From NCBI GenBank assembly GCA_021158245.1, contig JAGGVB010000065.1, positions 6,757 to 70,756 on the forward strand: a stretch of 64,000 nt of DNA. The letters run 5' to 3'. This DNA is from a bacterium. GTDB lineage: Bacteria; Zhuqueibacterota; QNDG01. This document shows positions 41,912 to 51,097 of the stretch, one piece after another. The notes beneath the pieces are model-generated. The model did no database searches. It was not told where the DNA came from and saw only the letters and a list, made by a program, of their open reading frames with translations. Both the position numbers and the translations under genes were made by a program. Every line of letters starts with the position of its first letter. The stretch's first letter is position 1.

Positions 41912-44011
41912 TTATAGATCAACCTGCTTCCACACCGAATCCATTATTTCCATAGAGAGACGGCCGTTATCAAGACTGACAGGCATTTCCGTGCCGTCTA
42001 AAATTGACTTATAGAAAAGATTAATTAATATCTCATTACCTTTAAACAGCGTGTGCTTGCCGGTAAACACCTTTATCTCGTTGCTCAATCCTTTAAAATA
42101 CATTTTCCTGCCGTTGCGTTTAAGCACCATGTTTCTGCTTAAAACCTTGGGAGCCATAGGCACATCTTTGTTTAAGAGAGTGGTGTTGTACATAAAATCA
42201 ACAGTCAGGCTGCCTTTGGTTCCGTAGAGCCTTAAGAAACATAAACGCGGTGTTGCATTAAAAGACAGAACAATGGATGCAAGAACTTTACCGGATTTCA
42301 TTGATATTCTGAGTTCATCACTCTTCATAAAAGGTACAACTTTGTGATATGCGGAAGAGACATTAATATCAGAAACATCATCAACAATATCAAGTAAAAC
42401 ACTTAAGGGATGAGAAATAAAATTTTGGAAAAGGGAGCCCGGAAGATCGTAAACCCAGTGGTTTCTCGCCTGCCACCTTAGATAGGGGCTGCCTGTATTT
42501 GAACTGTAGGATGTCCCGAACCAGCTCTCAACCTGCACAATATTGCCTATTGCTCCGCTGTTCAGTATCTCCCTTGCTTCAATCATTGCAGGATCATAAA
42601 GAAGAGAATGTTCAACACACAGTTTAACATTGTTCTCTTTTGAAGTGCGGATCATCTCCCCGGCCTCCTCTGCATTAACAGCCATTGGTTTTTCCACAAG
42701 TACATGACACCCTTTTTTCATTGCTGCGATTGATACCGGGGCATGAGTCTGTGCTGAAGATACGACATGAACAACATCAAGATTCTCTTTGTCAAGCATT
42801 TCCAAATAATCGGAATAGATATTTTCAACACCGAATTTTTCCGAAAGTCTCTTTGCAGCATCAACATTTGTATCACAAAGCGCAGTAACATTTGCATTTG
42901 GAATCTTTTTAAGGATTGACAGATGTGTTTTTGAAAATGAACCGCATCCGACAATTCCGACATTTAGTTTTTTCTTCGAATTTATTACAATCCGCTTTTC
43001 AGGTACAAGGTGATGACATACAGGTTTCTGCTGATCTTTATGCCACTCCATAACCTCTTTAACAGCTTCTCTGACATTAGGAACCGGCACCCAATCCAGA
43101 TCTTCTTTTGCACGTGTATTTGGATATTTAAGGGAAAGTGTAAATAATTTAAGATATTGAGGGCTAAGGCGTGAAGGGGCCGCCTTACCCATTATACCGA
43201 ACATTTTTCTAAGCATAAACGCTAGAACCTTTACAATTGGAAACAGTATTCTGATTATTTTAAATTTCGGATTCAAAATACTCTTCAGTATCTTAAGATA
43301 CTCTATTTTGCTGACAGATTTGTCTTCAGTAAGATTATAAGCTTTACCTGCACATTTTTCACAAGTAAGTGATTTGGCCACTGCATCTGCAACAGTACGA
43401 ACATGCGTTAGGGTCAATTCCGATTTTCCGCTGCCTACAATTATATATCCGTTTGCTCCTGCTGCTATACCAAGACGTGCGGGATAGAGAAGGCCTCCGG
43501 GCCCGTAAAGCGCCGCAGGCCGAAGTACAACTGTTTCCAGTCCTTCTTTTTCATGAAACTCTTTTATAAGGTTCTCAGCCTCAATTTTTGAACGTGAATA
43601 ATGATTTGTATATTCCTGTTCAAAAGGAGAATCCTCAGGAAATGATGATCCGTTCTTGACGTTTGAATGGTCGTATACAACAACAGAGCTGATAAATATA
43701 AATCTCTTAACTTTGTGTTTTACCGCTTCTTTTAAAATCCGCTCGGTTGAAAGCACATTCTCTTCGTAAAAATTCTCCCACGGGCCTCCCTTTGATGTTG
43801 CAGCGTGTACAATTGCATCTGCACCCTTAATCGAATCAAGCCAGGAAGTTTCGCGGATATTCCCAATAACATAATTTAAGTTGTACTCATCAAGATGACT
43901 GATATTACTTGTCGGCCTTATGAGTGCTGTAATCTCATGCCCCTGCTCTTTTAAAGCTTTGACAAGGTGCTGGCCAAGAAAACCTGAAACTCCTGTCATA
44001 AATATTTTCAT
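41912..44011 (-). CDS. bifunctional fusion: N-terminal NAD-dependent epimerase/dehydratase (extended SDR) plus C-terminal Gfo/Idh/MocA oxidoreductase
   Basis: Residues 1-330: TGVSGFLGQHL with YSRSK (YxxxK). Residues about 350-699: VGIVGCGSFSKTHL...GCHVLVEKPMA, the classic Gfo/Idh/MocA N-terminal motifs. Confidence 0.7.
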   Translation of the reverse strand: MKIFMTGVSGFLGQHLVKALKEQGHEITALIRPTSNISHLDEYNLNYVIGNIRETSWLDSIKGADAIVHAATSKGGPWENFYEENVLSTERILKEAVKHKVKRFIFISSVVVYDHSNVKNGSSFPEDSPFEQEYTNHYSRSKIEAENLIKEFHEKEGLETVVLRPAALYGPGGLLYPARLGIAAGANGYIIVGSGKSELTLTHVRTVADAVAKSLTCEKCAGKAYNLTEDKSVSKIEYLKILKSILNPKFKIIRILFPIVKVLAFMLRKMFGIMGKAAPSRLSPQYLKLFTLSLKYPNTRAKEDLDWVPVPNVREAVKEVMEWHKDQQKPVCHHLVPEKRIVINSKKKLNVGIVGCGSFSKTHLSILKKIPNANVTALCDTNVDAAKRLSEKFGVENIYSDYLEMLDKENLDVVHVVSSAQTHAPVSIAAMKKGCHVLVEKPMAVNAEEAGEMIRTSKENNVKLCVEHSLLYDPAMIEAREILNSGAIGNIVQVESWFGTSYSSNTGSPYLRWQARNHWVYDLPGSLFQNFISHPLSVLLDIVDDVSDINVSSAYHKVVPFMKSDELRISMKSGKVLASIVLSFNATPRLCFLRLYGTKGSLTVDFMYNTTLLNKDVPMAPKVLSRNMVLKRNGRKMYFKGLSNEIKVFTGKHTLFKGNEILINLFYKSILDGTEMPVSLDNGRLSMEIMDSVWKQVDL

Positions 44012-45843
44012 TTATCCGCTCCGATCTTATTCCAGTTTTTATTTACATTTTCTAACCACAATTCCAGAATAACGAGGGCCCACAGCCTGTGTGAATGATT
44101 GAACTGTTTTAACTCATGTTCCCTTATCATCTTTTCAACAGCTTTGTAATACACTATACCCCGCCTGCTGATTCTTGCTTCAGATAAAATGTCTCTTATA
44201 AAACCATTTACTGTTTTATTATCTCTCATCCAGTTTTTAAGAGGTACACTGTGCCCCAATTTATCTTTTCTGTGTGTAATCTCAAAAGGCAGAAGAGGTT
44301 CAACTGCAACTCTTTCAATATACTTGGTGTCTGAAAATCCTTTTATCTTAAGTTTGGAATCTATTTTCGAGCAAAGGCTCACTATTTCAGGGTCAAGCAT
44401 CGGCGTTCTCGGAACCAGGCCGAATCCCCTTACCACATCCATACGCCTCAGATAAAATTGTACAACTGTCTGATAATCGCTGTACAAAGATCTGCCGAGA
44501 GAATCTTCAGCTTTCGCCCTGCTGTTAATACTGAGTACATCTTTAAACACATCATCAGGATCTGCGGAATTAAAAATATCTCCTGCTACGATATCTGAAA
44601 GAGAACCGGGCTGATAATAGACACGCCATCTGTGAGTGCCAAGTTCTTTTGGGAAAAAATAACTTTCTGAGAAACGTTTGAGCTTGACTTTAAGGTCTTT
44701 CTTTTTTTCCGAATCGTGAAGCCGCCTGCCCATACTGAAAAACGGGTTGAGAATAAAATCCGGAATAACTGAAAAAATCTCTGCAGTCTTATCCGCAATG
44801 TACACAGGATGCCCTGCAAAAAGCTCGTCCCCTCCGTCTCCGGTAAAAATGTCTTTAACTTTTGAACCTGCCTCTGAGGCGAGAAGATATGTAGCAATGT
44901 TTATCCCCACGTCGCTGAACGGTTCATCCATAAGCGTTGTCATGGAAGCAGCCTTAAGCACACTCTCAGGCGTGTATTCAATCACTCTGTGTTCTGTTTT
45001 AAAAGCATCGGCAACTATCCTGGCAAATGGAGACTCATCAAAAGATTCTCCTCTGCACCTGAATGAAAATGTTGATACACGGCCAGCCCCGTTTTTATCA
45101 AGGAGGGACACAACACTCGACGAATCGAGCCCGCCTGAAAGGAAAGCGCCTGTCTTATCCGGCTCTTTTAAACGGAGTTTTACAGCTTTTGCAAGTTCTT
45201 CGCGAATCATCACAGCTGCATCTTTTTCCGATTTGATTTCATTCGTAAAACTGATATCCCAGTACTGCTTCTCTTTTATCCCTTTATCGCTCCATGTAAG
45301 ATAGTGCGCAGGCCGGATTTTTTTTATTCCATTGAAGAAAGTTTCCGTTCCGGGATTATAGCAAAAAACAAGATATCTTAAAAGTGTGGAATAATTGATC
45401 TCCCCTGTTCTGTCAAGAACAACTGCAAGAGCTTTAAGGGAAGTGGAAAAAACAAGGCCGTCATCTTTCTCGGCAAAAAACAGTGTGCCTGCCCCGATTC
45501 TGTCTCGTACAAGTACTAATTTATTTTCTTTTCTGTTCCAGGCTGCTGCTGTAAAATCGCCGTTTATACCTGCCCACATCGCATCCTGCTGATTTTCATA
45601 TAATTCGTATAGCTTTCCCGCATCAAGTTTATCATCCCTTCCATTAACAGAGTATATTTCTCCGTCAATAAATACAGGGCTGTTTTTATCGCCTGAAAGA
45701 GCAGAATCCTTATCAGAAAAAAATATAAAAAGGTTATCCTTTTCAAATAAGATGCCTTTATGCAACAAATCCCCGCTTGCAAGTTGTTGGAAACGAGGTT
45801 TAATATCCCTTACTGCTGATTTGCCTGCCGCGCCTATGAGCAT
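44008..45843 (-). CDS. asparagine synthetase-like amidotransferase lacking the N-terminal catalytic Cys
   Basis: PP-loop SGGLDSS and an AsnB C-terminal domain. The N-terminus is MLIGAAG instead of MCGIAG, so Cys2 is replaced by Leu. Confidence 0.8.
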   Translation of the reverse strand: MLIGAAGKSAVRDIKPRFQQLASGDLLHKGILFEKDNLFIFFSDKDSALSGDKNSPVFIDGEIYSVNGRDDKLDAGKLYELYENQQDAMWAGINGDFTAAAWNRKENKLVLVRDRIGAGTLFFAEKDDGLVFSTSLKALAVVLDRTGEINYSTLLRYLVFCYNPGTETFFNGIKKIRPAHYLTWSDKGIKEKQYWDISFTNEIKSEKDAAVMIREELAKAVKLRLKEPDKTGAFLSGGLDSSSVVSLLDKNGAGRVSTFSFRCRGESFDESPFARIVADAFKTEHRVIEYTPESVLKAASMTTLMDEPFSDVGINIATYLLASEAGSKVKDIFTGDGGDELFAGHPVYIADKTAEIFSVIPDFILNPFFSMGRRLHDSEKKKDLKVKLKRFSESYFFPKELGTHRWRVYYQPGSLSDIVAGDIFNSADPDDVFKDVLSINSRAKAEDSLGRSLYSDYQTVVQFYLRRMDVVRGFGLVPRTPMLDPEIVSLCSKIDSKLKIKGFSDTKYIERVAVEPLLPFEITHRKDKLGHSVPLKNWMRDNKTVNGFIRDILSEARISRRGIVYYKAVEKMIREHELKQFNHSHRLWALVILELWLENVNKNWNKIGADK

Positions 45844-45857
45844 TACTTTTATGTCCC

Positions 45858-47624
45858 TTAATTAATAAATCTTTTTACAAGCACCCAGTAAATTTTTAGA
45901 ACTGCATTCATAATACCAGTACCCATCTTGATGATTTTTGACTGGCTCCCTTCTCCTATGAGATCTATTGAAGCACCTGTTAACACATCTTTATCCCTCA
46001 CTCTTTTAATCTTCATCACCTCACGTCTTTTGCGAAGAACAAGAGGGAGTGACCATAGTGCTGCAAATCCTCCTTTAATTACAGGCCAGCCCTGCCCCTT
46101 GAGAAGCATACCGAAAAAAACCGCTCCCTGGTAAAGAAAAATTGCAGGCAGAGTAAAAAACAGAGTACGCAGATTGTAAGTTTTCAGTACAAACCACCAG
46201 CGGTTTCTTACCTGATAAAAGACCCACGGCATTCCTTTTTTCTCTTTCAAATGGAAGACCCTGGCTCCTGCAACATTTAGACAGGGATAACCTGCTATCG
46301 TCATTCTGAAAGAAAAATCTCCGTCTGCCCATCCGTAAAAAAAGTCTTCGTCAAAATACCCTATCTCTTCAGCCTTTGCCTTGTCAACAAGCATTGCGCC
46401 TGCAGGTACTGCAGCAACAGGCCGGGGGACATCAAACATAAATCTGTTCATAACAGCCCCGCCTGCAAAATGAATATGTGCTCCGTTGTACTGAATTTTT
46501 TCCGGGCTGTTAAAAAACCGAATTTGAGCGCTTGCTACTCCTGCATCAGGATTTGAATCAAGGGCCATGTTCAGTTTTGACAGGGCATCAGGTGCAAGTA
46601 CAATATCATTGTCCACAAGAAGTACCCGCGGAGCCGCGGCCTCTTTTAAAATCAGATTTCTTGACGGATTAGGCCCTCTGTTTTCCATTGATATGATTTT
46701 GACATCGGGGAATTTCGATTTAAGGACATCAAGGCTGTTATCTGTTGACGAATTATCTACTGCTATTATTTCCGAAATACCATGACAATCCTGCTTATAA
46801 ATTGCATCCAGCGTCTTTCCCAGTACTTTCTCACCGTTGTAATTTATAATTCCTATTGTCACAGGTACCGGAGGAGTACCCTCCTCAGGCGGTTCCCGCT
46901 TTTTAAGTACTTTTGCAGGGCTTCCGACAGCAACTGCATAATCAGGTAGGTCTTTATTTACAACAGAACCAGCTCCTACAATAACGTTCCTGCCGATATT
47001 CACGCCGTCAAAAACAGATACATGCGCACCAAGCCACCCCCCCGGGCCTATGGTTATTCCTTCGGAAGAACGGCTCTGATGCAGTACAGGTATTGAGGGA
47101 TTATCAAAGTGATGAGTTCCGCCTACAAGATAAGTATATGCTGCAAACAGATTGCTGGCGCCTACCCTTACCCTGCTTGCAGAAAAAATGTGGCAATTCG
47201 CGCTTATGTTAACTTCGTCCTCAAGTATTATATCACCATTCTTGCAATTGAGGATTGTATTTCTTCCTATAAAAACGCCATTACCTATGTAGATTCCATG
47301 GTTGCCTGTTCCTTTTGCATCAAGAACGCAATTATCATCTATAACAACATTGCTTCCTATAAAAATCTTTTCCGGATGGCGTAAAACAACATTCTGCCCG
47401 AAAGTAACATTTCTGCCTGCGGAGCCCAGCAGTTTCGGATAAAGGGATTTACGCAAAACAAGGCCCAAAGCTCCCGGCATCCAACTTGCAATACCTATTA
47501 TTGTTTCATATTTAAGGAGCTTAAATATTCCCTTTGTCCCGAGCACAAGATCCTGGTACTTTGCCAGATTCCCCTTGCTGCTGAACAGCTCTTTTTGAAT
47601 TTCTATGGTTTGATTCTGATCCAT
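45858..47624 (-). CDS. fusion: N-terminal hexapeptide-repeat (LbH) acyltransferase plus C-terminal GT2 glycosyltransferase
   Basis: Hexapeptide repeats in the first ~230 aa (IGSNVVIDDNCVL... IGRNVIVGAGSVV), then VTIGIINYNGEKVL...AVDNSSTDNS, a GT-A fold, and C-terminal TM helices. Confidence 0.7.
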   Translation of the reverse strand: MDQNQTIEIQKELFSSKGNLAKYQDLVLGTKGIFKLLKYETIIGIASWMPGALGLVLRKSLYPKLLGSAGRNVTFGQNVVLRHPEKIFIGSNVVIDDNCVLDAKGTGNHGIYIGNGVFIGRNTILNCKNGDIILEDEVNISANCHIFSASRVRVGASNLFAAYTYLVGGTHHFDNPSIPVLHQSRSSEGITIGPGGWLGAHVSVFDGVNIGRNVIVGAGSVVNKDLPDYAVAVGSPAKVLKKREPPEEGTPPVPVTIGIINYNGEKVLGKTLDAIYKQDCHGISEIIAVDNSSTDNSLDVLKSKFPDVKIISMENRGPNPSRNLILKEAAAPRVLLVDNDIVLAPDALSKLNMALDSNPDAGVASAQIRFFNSPEKIQYNGAHIHFAGGAVMNRFMFDVPRPVAAVPAGAMLVDKAKAEEIGYFDEDFFYGWADGDFSFRMTIAGYPCLNVAGARVFHLKEKKGMPWVFYQVRNRWWFVLKTYNLRTLFFTLPAIFLYQGAVFFGMLLKGQGWPVIKGGFAALWSLPLVLRKRREVMKIKRVRDKDVLTGASIDLIGEGSQSKIIKMGTGIMNAVLKIYWVLVKRFIN

Positions 47625-47627
47625 GTA

Positions 47628-48611
47628 TCAGATAAGCCCCTCTTTTTTATACCACTCTGCAGTTTTTTTCAGACCGTCATAAATTGATACATTAGGATTG
47701 TATCCCAACACCTTCTTTGCTTTTGATATGTCAAATGCTCTGTCCTTAATAAAAAAATCAACTCTTCTTCTGTAAACCGGAGGAGAGATTCTCAGGGGAG
47801 TACAAACAAATTCACACAACGCGCCTGCAAGCCACAAAGGCCAAACCGGGTAGTGAAGCTTCCTGATGTTAACATTTAATACTTTTGCAATTGTCTCAAC
47901 AAATTCATTCAGGGTTGTATATCTTTCTCCTGCAATTGTAAATATCTCTCCCTCTACTCCGGGGGTTTCCCCCACAAGAATTATTCCGTCAACAAGATCA
48001 TCAATATAAGTAAGATGATAGAGCACATTACCGGATCCGAACATTCTGAATTTTCTGTTGCCTATGAATTTAAAAAGTTTCAGAAACCTTGTGTCACCAG
48101 GGCCATAAATACCCACAGGCCTGAAAACAACACCGGGAAGCCCCCTGTTTTTAAAAAAATCCAAAGCAAGAAGTTCCCCCTCCATTTTGGATTCCTGATA
48201 GTAATCACCCGGATTGTACCTGGTATTTTCAGATGCAGGAGGATTCTCTATCTCACCCTGCACACCTACAGTGCTGCAGTGTACAAATCTCTTTATTCCG
48301 GTTTCGGCTGAAGCTTCAAGAAGATTTTTTGTGCCTTCTACATTCACTTCCCAGAAACGTTTTCTCGGAATATTCTGCTCTCTGTAAACAGCTGCTATGT
48401 GATAGACAATATCTATTCCATTAAGAGCAGGAACAAGGCTTTTCTTATCAGTTAAATCTCCAACAGCTAATTCCATTCCAAGAGATTCAAGCCCGGCACC
48501 TTTTTCTTTTGACCGGACAAGACACCTTACCTGATAACCTTTTTTATTAAGTGCACGTGCAAGATGGCCGCCTGTAAACCCCGTTGCTCCTGTAACAAAA
48601 ACTTTTATCAT
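47628..48611 (-). CDS. NAD-dependent epimerase/dehydratase (extended SDR)
   Basis: VTGATGFTGGHL and YxxxK (YQESK). Confidence 0.75.
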   Translation of the reverse strand: MIKVFVTGATGFTGGHLARALNKKGYQVRCLVRSKEKGAGLESLGMELAVGDLTDKKSLVPALNGIDIVYHIAAVYREQNIPRKRFWEVNVEGTKNLLEASAETGIKRFVHCSTVGVQGEIENPPASENTRYNPGDYYQESKMEGELLALDFFKNRGLPGVVFRPVGIYGPGDTRFLKLFKFIGNRKFRMFGSGNVLYHLTYIDDLVDGIILVGETPGVEGEIFTIAGERYTTLNEFVETIAKVLNVNIRKLHYPVWPLWLAGALCEFVCTPLRISPPVYRRRVDFFIKDRAFDISKAKKVLGYNPNVSIYDGLKKTAEWYKKEGLI

Positions 48612-48623
48612 TCAAATATCTCC

Positions 48624-50291
48624 TTAAGACCATTGAGTATAAATTTTATCAACTTCGTCAATCTCATTCTGCTTACGGTTTTCCGGCCAGTTGAGCTCTT
48701 TTGCCATTATGTCTGCACAGCGGTTCAATGCTTCTTTTCCGGGGTGTCCCATTGACCCGAGATCAGTCCGGCGCAGAATAACATCGGAAAGTTTCTGTGC
48801 GGCTTCTTCCCTGACAGCAAAAATAATTTCTGCCTCAAGTACTTCTTTTGAACCGGGCACAAGGCCGCCTTTTGTCTGTTCGTGTATTTCAAATATTGAT
48901 TTGTATTCAGTACCGTAGCTTAGTCCAAGGTGTTTACTTACTTCACCGGGAATATTATCAGGAGTATTTCTGACAACTTCTTTTTCAAAATTGTCAAAAG
49001 AAGAGATGTCTCCACCATACAATTTTGTGGTTTTGGAAACAGACTTTAACGCTTTTTTGCCCAATTTTCCGGTTACAAGATTAACCATCTTTTCAGCTAC
49101 GTCCCTTGCTGTTGTATATTTAACGCCAACCACACTCAGCAGGCCGTCAATCCTGTCTCTTTTTTTATGATCGGTAATTCTGTAATGCTTTGTTAACAGC
49201 ACTTCTCCCGTATTCCTGCTTATTCCATCCATAGGCAAAAATCCCTTTTGGACGAATGTAACATCTTCCGGTTTAATGTCTGCTGCAGGAACAGCGCTGT
49301 TTACCTCTTTTAAAAAGCTCTCAACTTCCTCTCTGTTTACTGAAAGAGAAGCGTGCTCTTTTTTGTACGGCCTGTGGAAAGTACCGATTATTGTTCTTCC
49401 TCTCCATGGTGTTGCAAAAAGCACTCTCCTTCCTGATTTTGTCCCTCTGCCAGGAACATCATACCTGTAATGTCCGTAAATTCCGGCCGCAATTTCCGGG
49501 AAGAGATTACGGGACAACACAAGATTCATAGCTGTTGAAAGTTTAAACATGGAAGAAGATTGTTTTTCTTCCGGCAATATGGAGTTAATCCATGCTCCGC
49601 TGGAATTAACAACAACCTTTCCTCTTATTTCAAGTTCTTCGTTATCTACCAAATCTATAGCCTTTACTCCGACAGCTTTGCTGTTTTTAATAATAAGGCT
49701 CTCTGCCTTAACATAATTTGCAGTAACTGCTCCTTTGAAAGATGCTGATTTTACAAATGCAAGAAGAAGCCTCTCGGAACTGTACATCTGCGCATCTGTC
49801 CATACTGCGCCGCCTGTAACATTACTGCTGTCAATTCCGGGCAGAATATATAGACAGCTCTTTCTGTTAACAACCCTGCAGTTCGGTATTGTCCGCAGCG
49901 GATCAACTCCTCTGTTTCTGTCAAAACTTAAAATATCGTTTAACAGCATACCGCAGAACATAACCTCAGGACCCTTAATTAGGTGGCCGTAACATGGCAG
50001 TATACTTGGCAACGGCTGTACAAGGTGAGGAGCAATTGTAAGCATTATTCTGCGTTCACGTACAGATTCACGAACCCTTTTTACATCAAGCTGCTGAAGA
50101 TAACGCAGCCCGCCGTGAACTATTTTAAGACTATTGGAAGATGTACCGCTTCCGAAGTCCCCCCTTTCCACAAGAGCTACAGACAGCCCTCTCAATGATG
50201 CATCCCATGCAATTGCAGCACCGTAAATTCCTGCCCCGACAACTATAAGATCAAATTCTTTTTCTGTAAGTGCTTTGACATTCCTTTTCAT
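48624..50291 (-). CDS. FAD-dependent oxidoreductase, glycerol-3-phosphate dehydrogenase/oxidase (GlpD/GlpA)-like
   Basis: DLIVVGAGIYGAAIAWDASLRGLSVALVE and GTSSNSLKIVHGGLRYL are typical of the DAO/GlpD family. Start placed at the ATG at 50289-50291 (TAATG junction with the upstream gene). The track ORF extends to 50327. Confidence 0.65.
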   Translation of the reverse strand: MKRNVKALTEKEFDLIVVGAGIYGAAIAWDASLRGLSVALVERGDFGSGTSSNSLKIVHGGLRYLQQLDVKRVRESVRERRIMLTIAPHLVQPLPSILPCYGHLIKGPEVMFCGMLLNDILSFDRNRGVDPLRTIPNCRVVNRKSCLYILPGIDSSNVTGGAVWTDAQMYSSERLLLAFVKSASFKGAVTANYVKAESLIIKNSKAVGVKAIDLVDNEELEIRGKVVVNSSGAWINSILPEEKQSSSMFKLSTAMNLVLSRNLFPEIAAGIYGHYRYDVPGRGTKSGRRVLFATPWRGRTIIGTFHRPYKKEHASLSVNREEVESFLKEVNSAVPAADIKPEDVTFVQKGFLPMDGISRNTGEVLLTKHYRITDHKKRDRIDGLLSVVGVKYTTARDVAEKMVNLVTGKLGKKALKSVSKTTKLYGGDISSFDNFEKEVVRNTPDNIPGEVSKHLGLSYGTEYKSIFEIHEQTKGGLVPGSKEVLEAEIIFAVREEAAQKLSDVILRRTDLGSMGHPGKEALNRCADIMAKELNWPENRKQNEIDEVDKIYTQWS

Positions 50292-51067
50292 TATTTTTCT
50301 CCGAAGCCCATTAAATGCCACCCCCATTTTTTCACAATGGGTTTTGGTATAATTTTAAATGCTCCTACAAACAGTGTATTAAACAGTACTCCTTTTAATC
50401 CTCCGTGCAGCCTGGAGCGCACAGGAAAACGCTCGGGAACGATCTTCACATTAATAAACGGAGATAATATCTCTCTGAATTCATCAATCGTATATTTTTC
50501 AAGAACAGGCGCATCCTCATGTTCCAAAGAGACTTTAAAAACCCTGGACATAAAATTAAGCCACCCTTTTCTGTTGTAAACCATGGCAATAAACTGACCT
50601 CCGGGTTTTAAAACTCTATAAGCTTCTTCCGCCATTTTAACTGCATTTTCCGTATACTGAAGGACACCGTGAGCATAAACAACATCAAAAGTGTTGTCAG
50701 CAAAACTCATGGCTTCCCCGTCCATAATTTTAAAGTCACCACTTAATCCGAGATGGGAAAAATATTTCCCTGCAAGATCAATTGCTGTTTGTGAAAGATC
50801 AATCCCTGTAACAAGAGCACCGCCTGCAGCAAACTCGGCAAGGTCAATTCCAACACCGCAGCCGATCTCAAGTATTTTTTTGCCTTTGAATCCTTTAAAA
50901 TCAACAATCTTCGGCAGATAGTTCAGTTTATCGAATCTGTACTCTGCAAGTTCTTCAAAAAATTCACGTGATCCAACAGGATGCTTTGCTATCTCAAGAT
51001 CGTGAATACGGCTGTTCCAGTAAGATGCTATCTCTTTTTTCAAGTTTTTGTTTTCCATTTTAATCAT
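50291..51067 (-). CDS. class I SAM-dependent methyltransferase
   Basis: Motif I ILEIGCGVGIDL. Confidence 0.75.
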   Translation of the reverse strand: MIKMENKNLKKEIASYWNSRIHDLEIAKHPVGSREFFEELAEYRFDKLNYLPKIVDFKGFKGKKILEIGCGVGIDLAEFAAGGALVTGIDLSQTAIDLAGKYFSHLGLSGDFKIMDGEAMSFADNTFDVVYAHGVLQYTENAVKMAEEAYRVLKPGGQFIAMVYNRKGWLNFMSRVFKVSLEHEDAPVLEKYTIDEFREILSPFINVKIVPERFPVRSRLHGGLKGVLFNTLFVGAFKIIPKPIVKKWGWHLMGFGEK

Positions 51068-51097
51068 CCTTAAAATTTATAAGAATATCAATAAAAA

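Noticed and set aside
44747-45304. 185-aa plus-strand ORF entirely antisense to the asnB-like gene
   Set aside because: The translation is Ser/Ala/Pro-rich and low-complexity, as expected from reading the reverse complement of a coding region. It has no RBS and no independent support. The same holds for the other short antisense ORFs in the track (for example 937-1140, 3428-3762, 13339-14506, 31539-32010, 37307-37771).`
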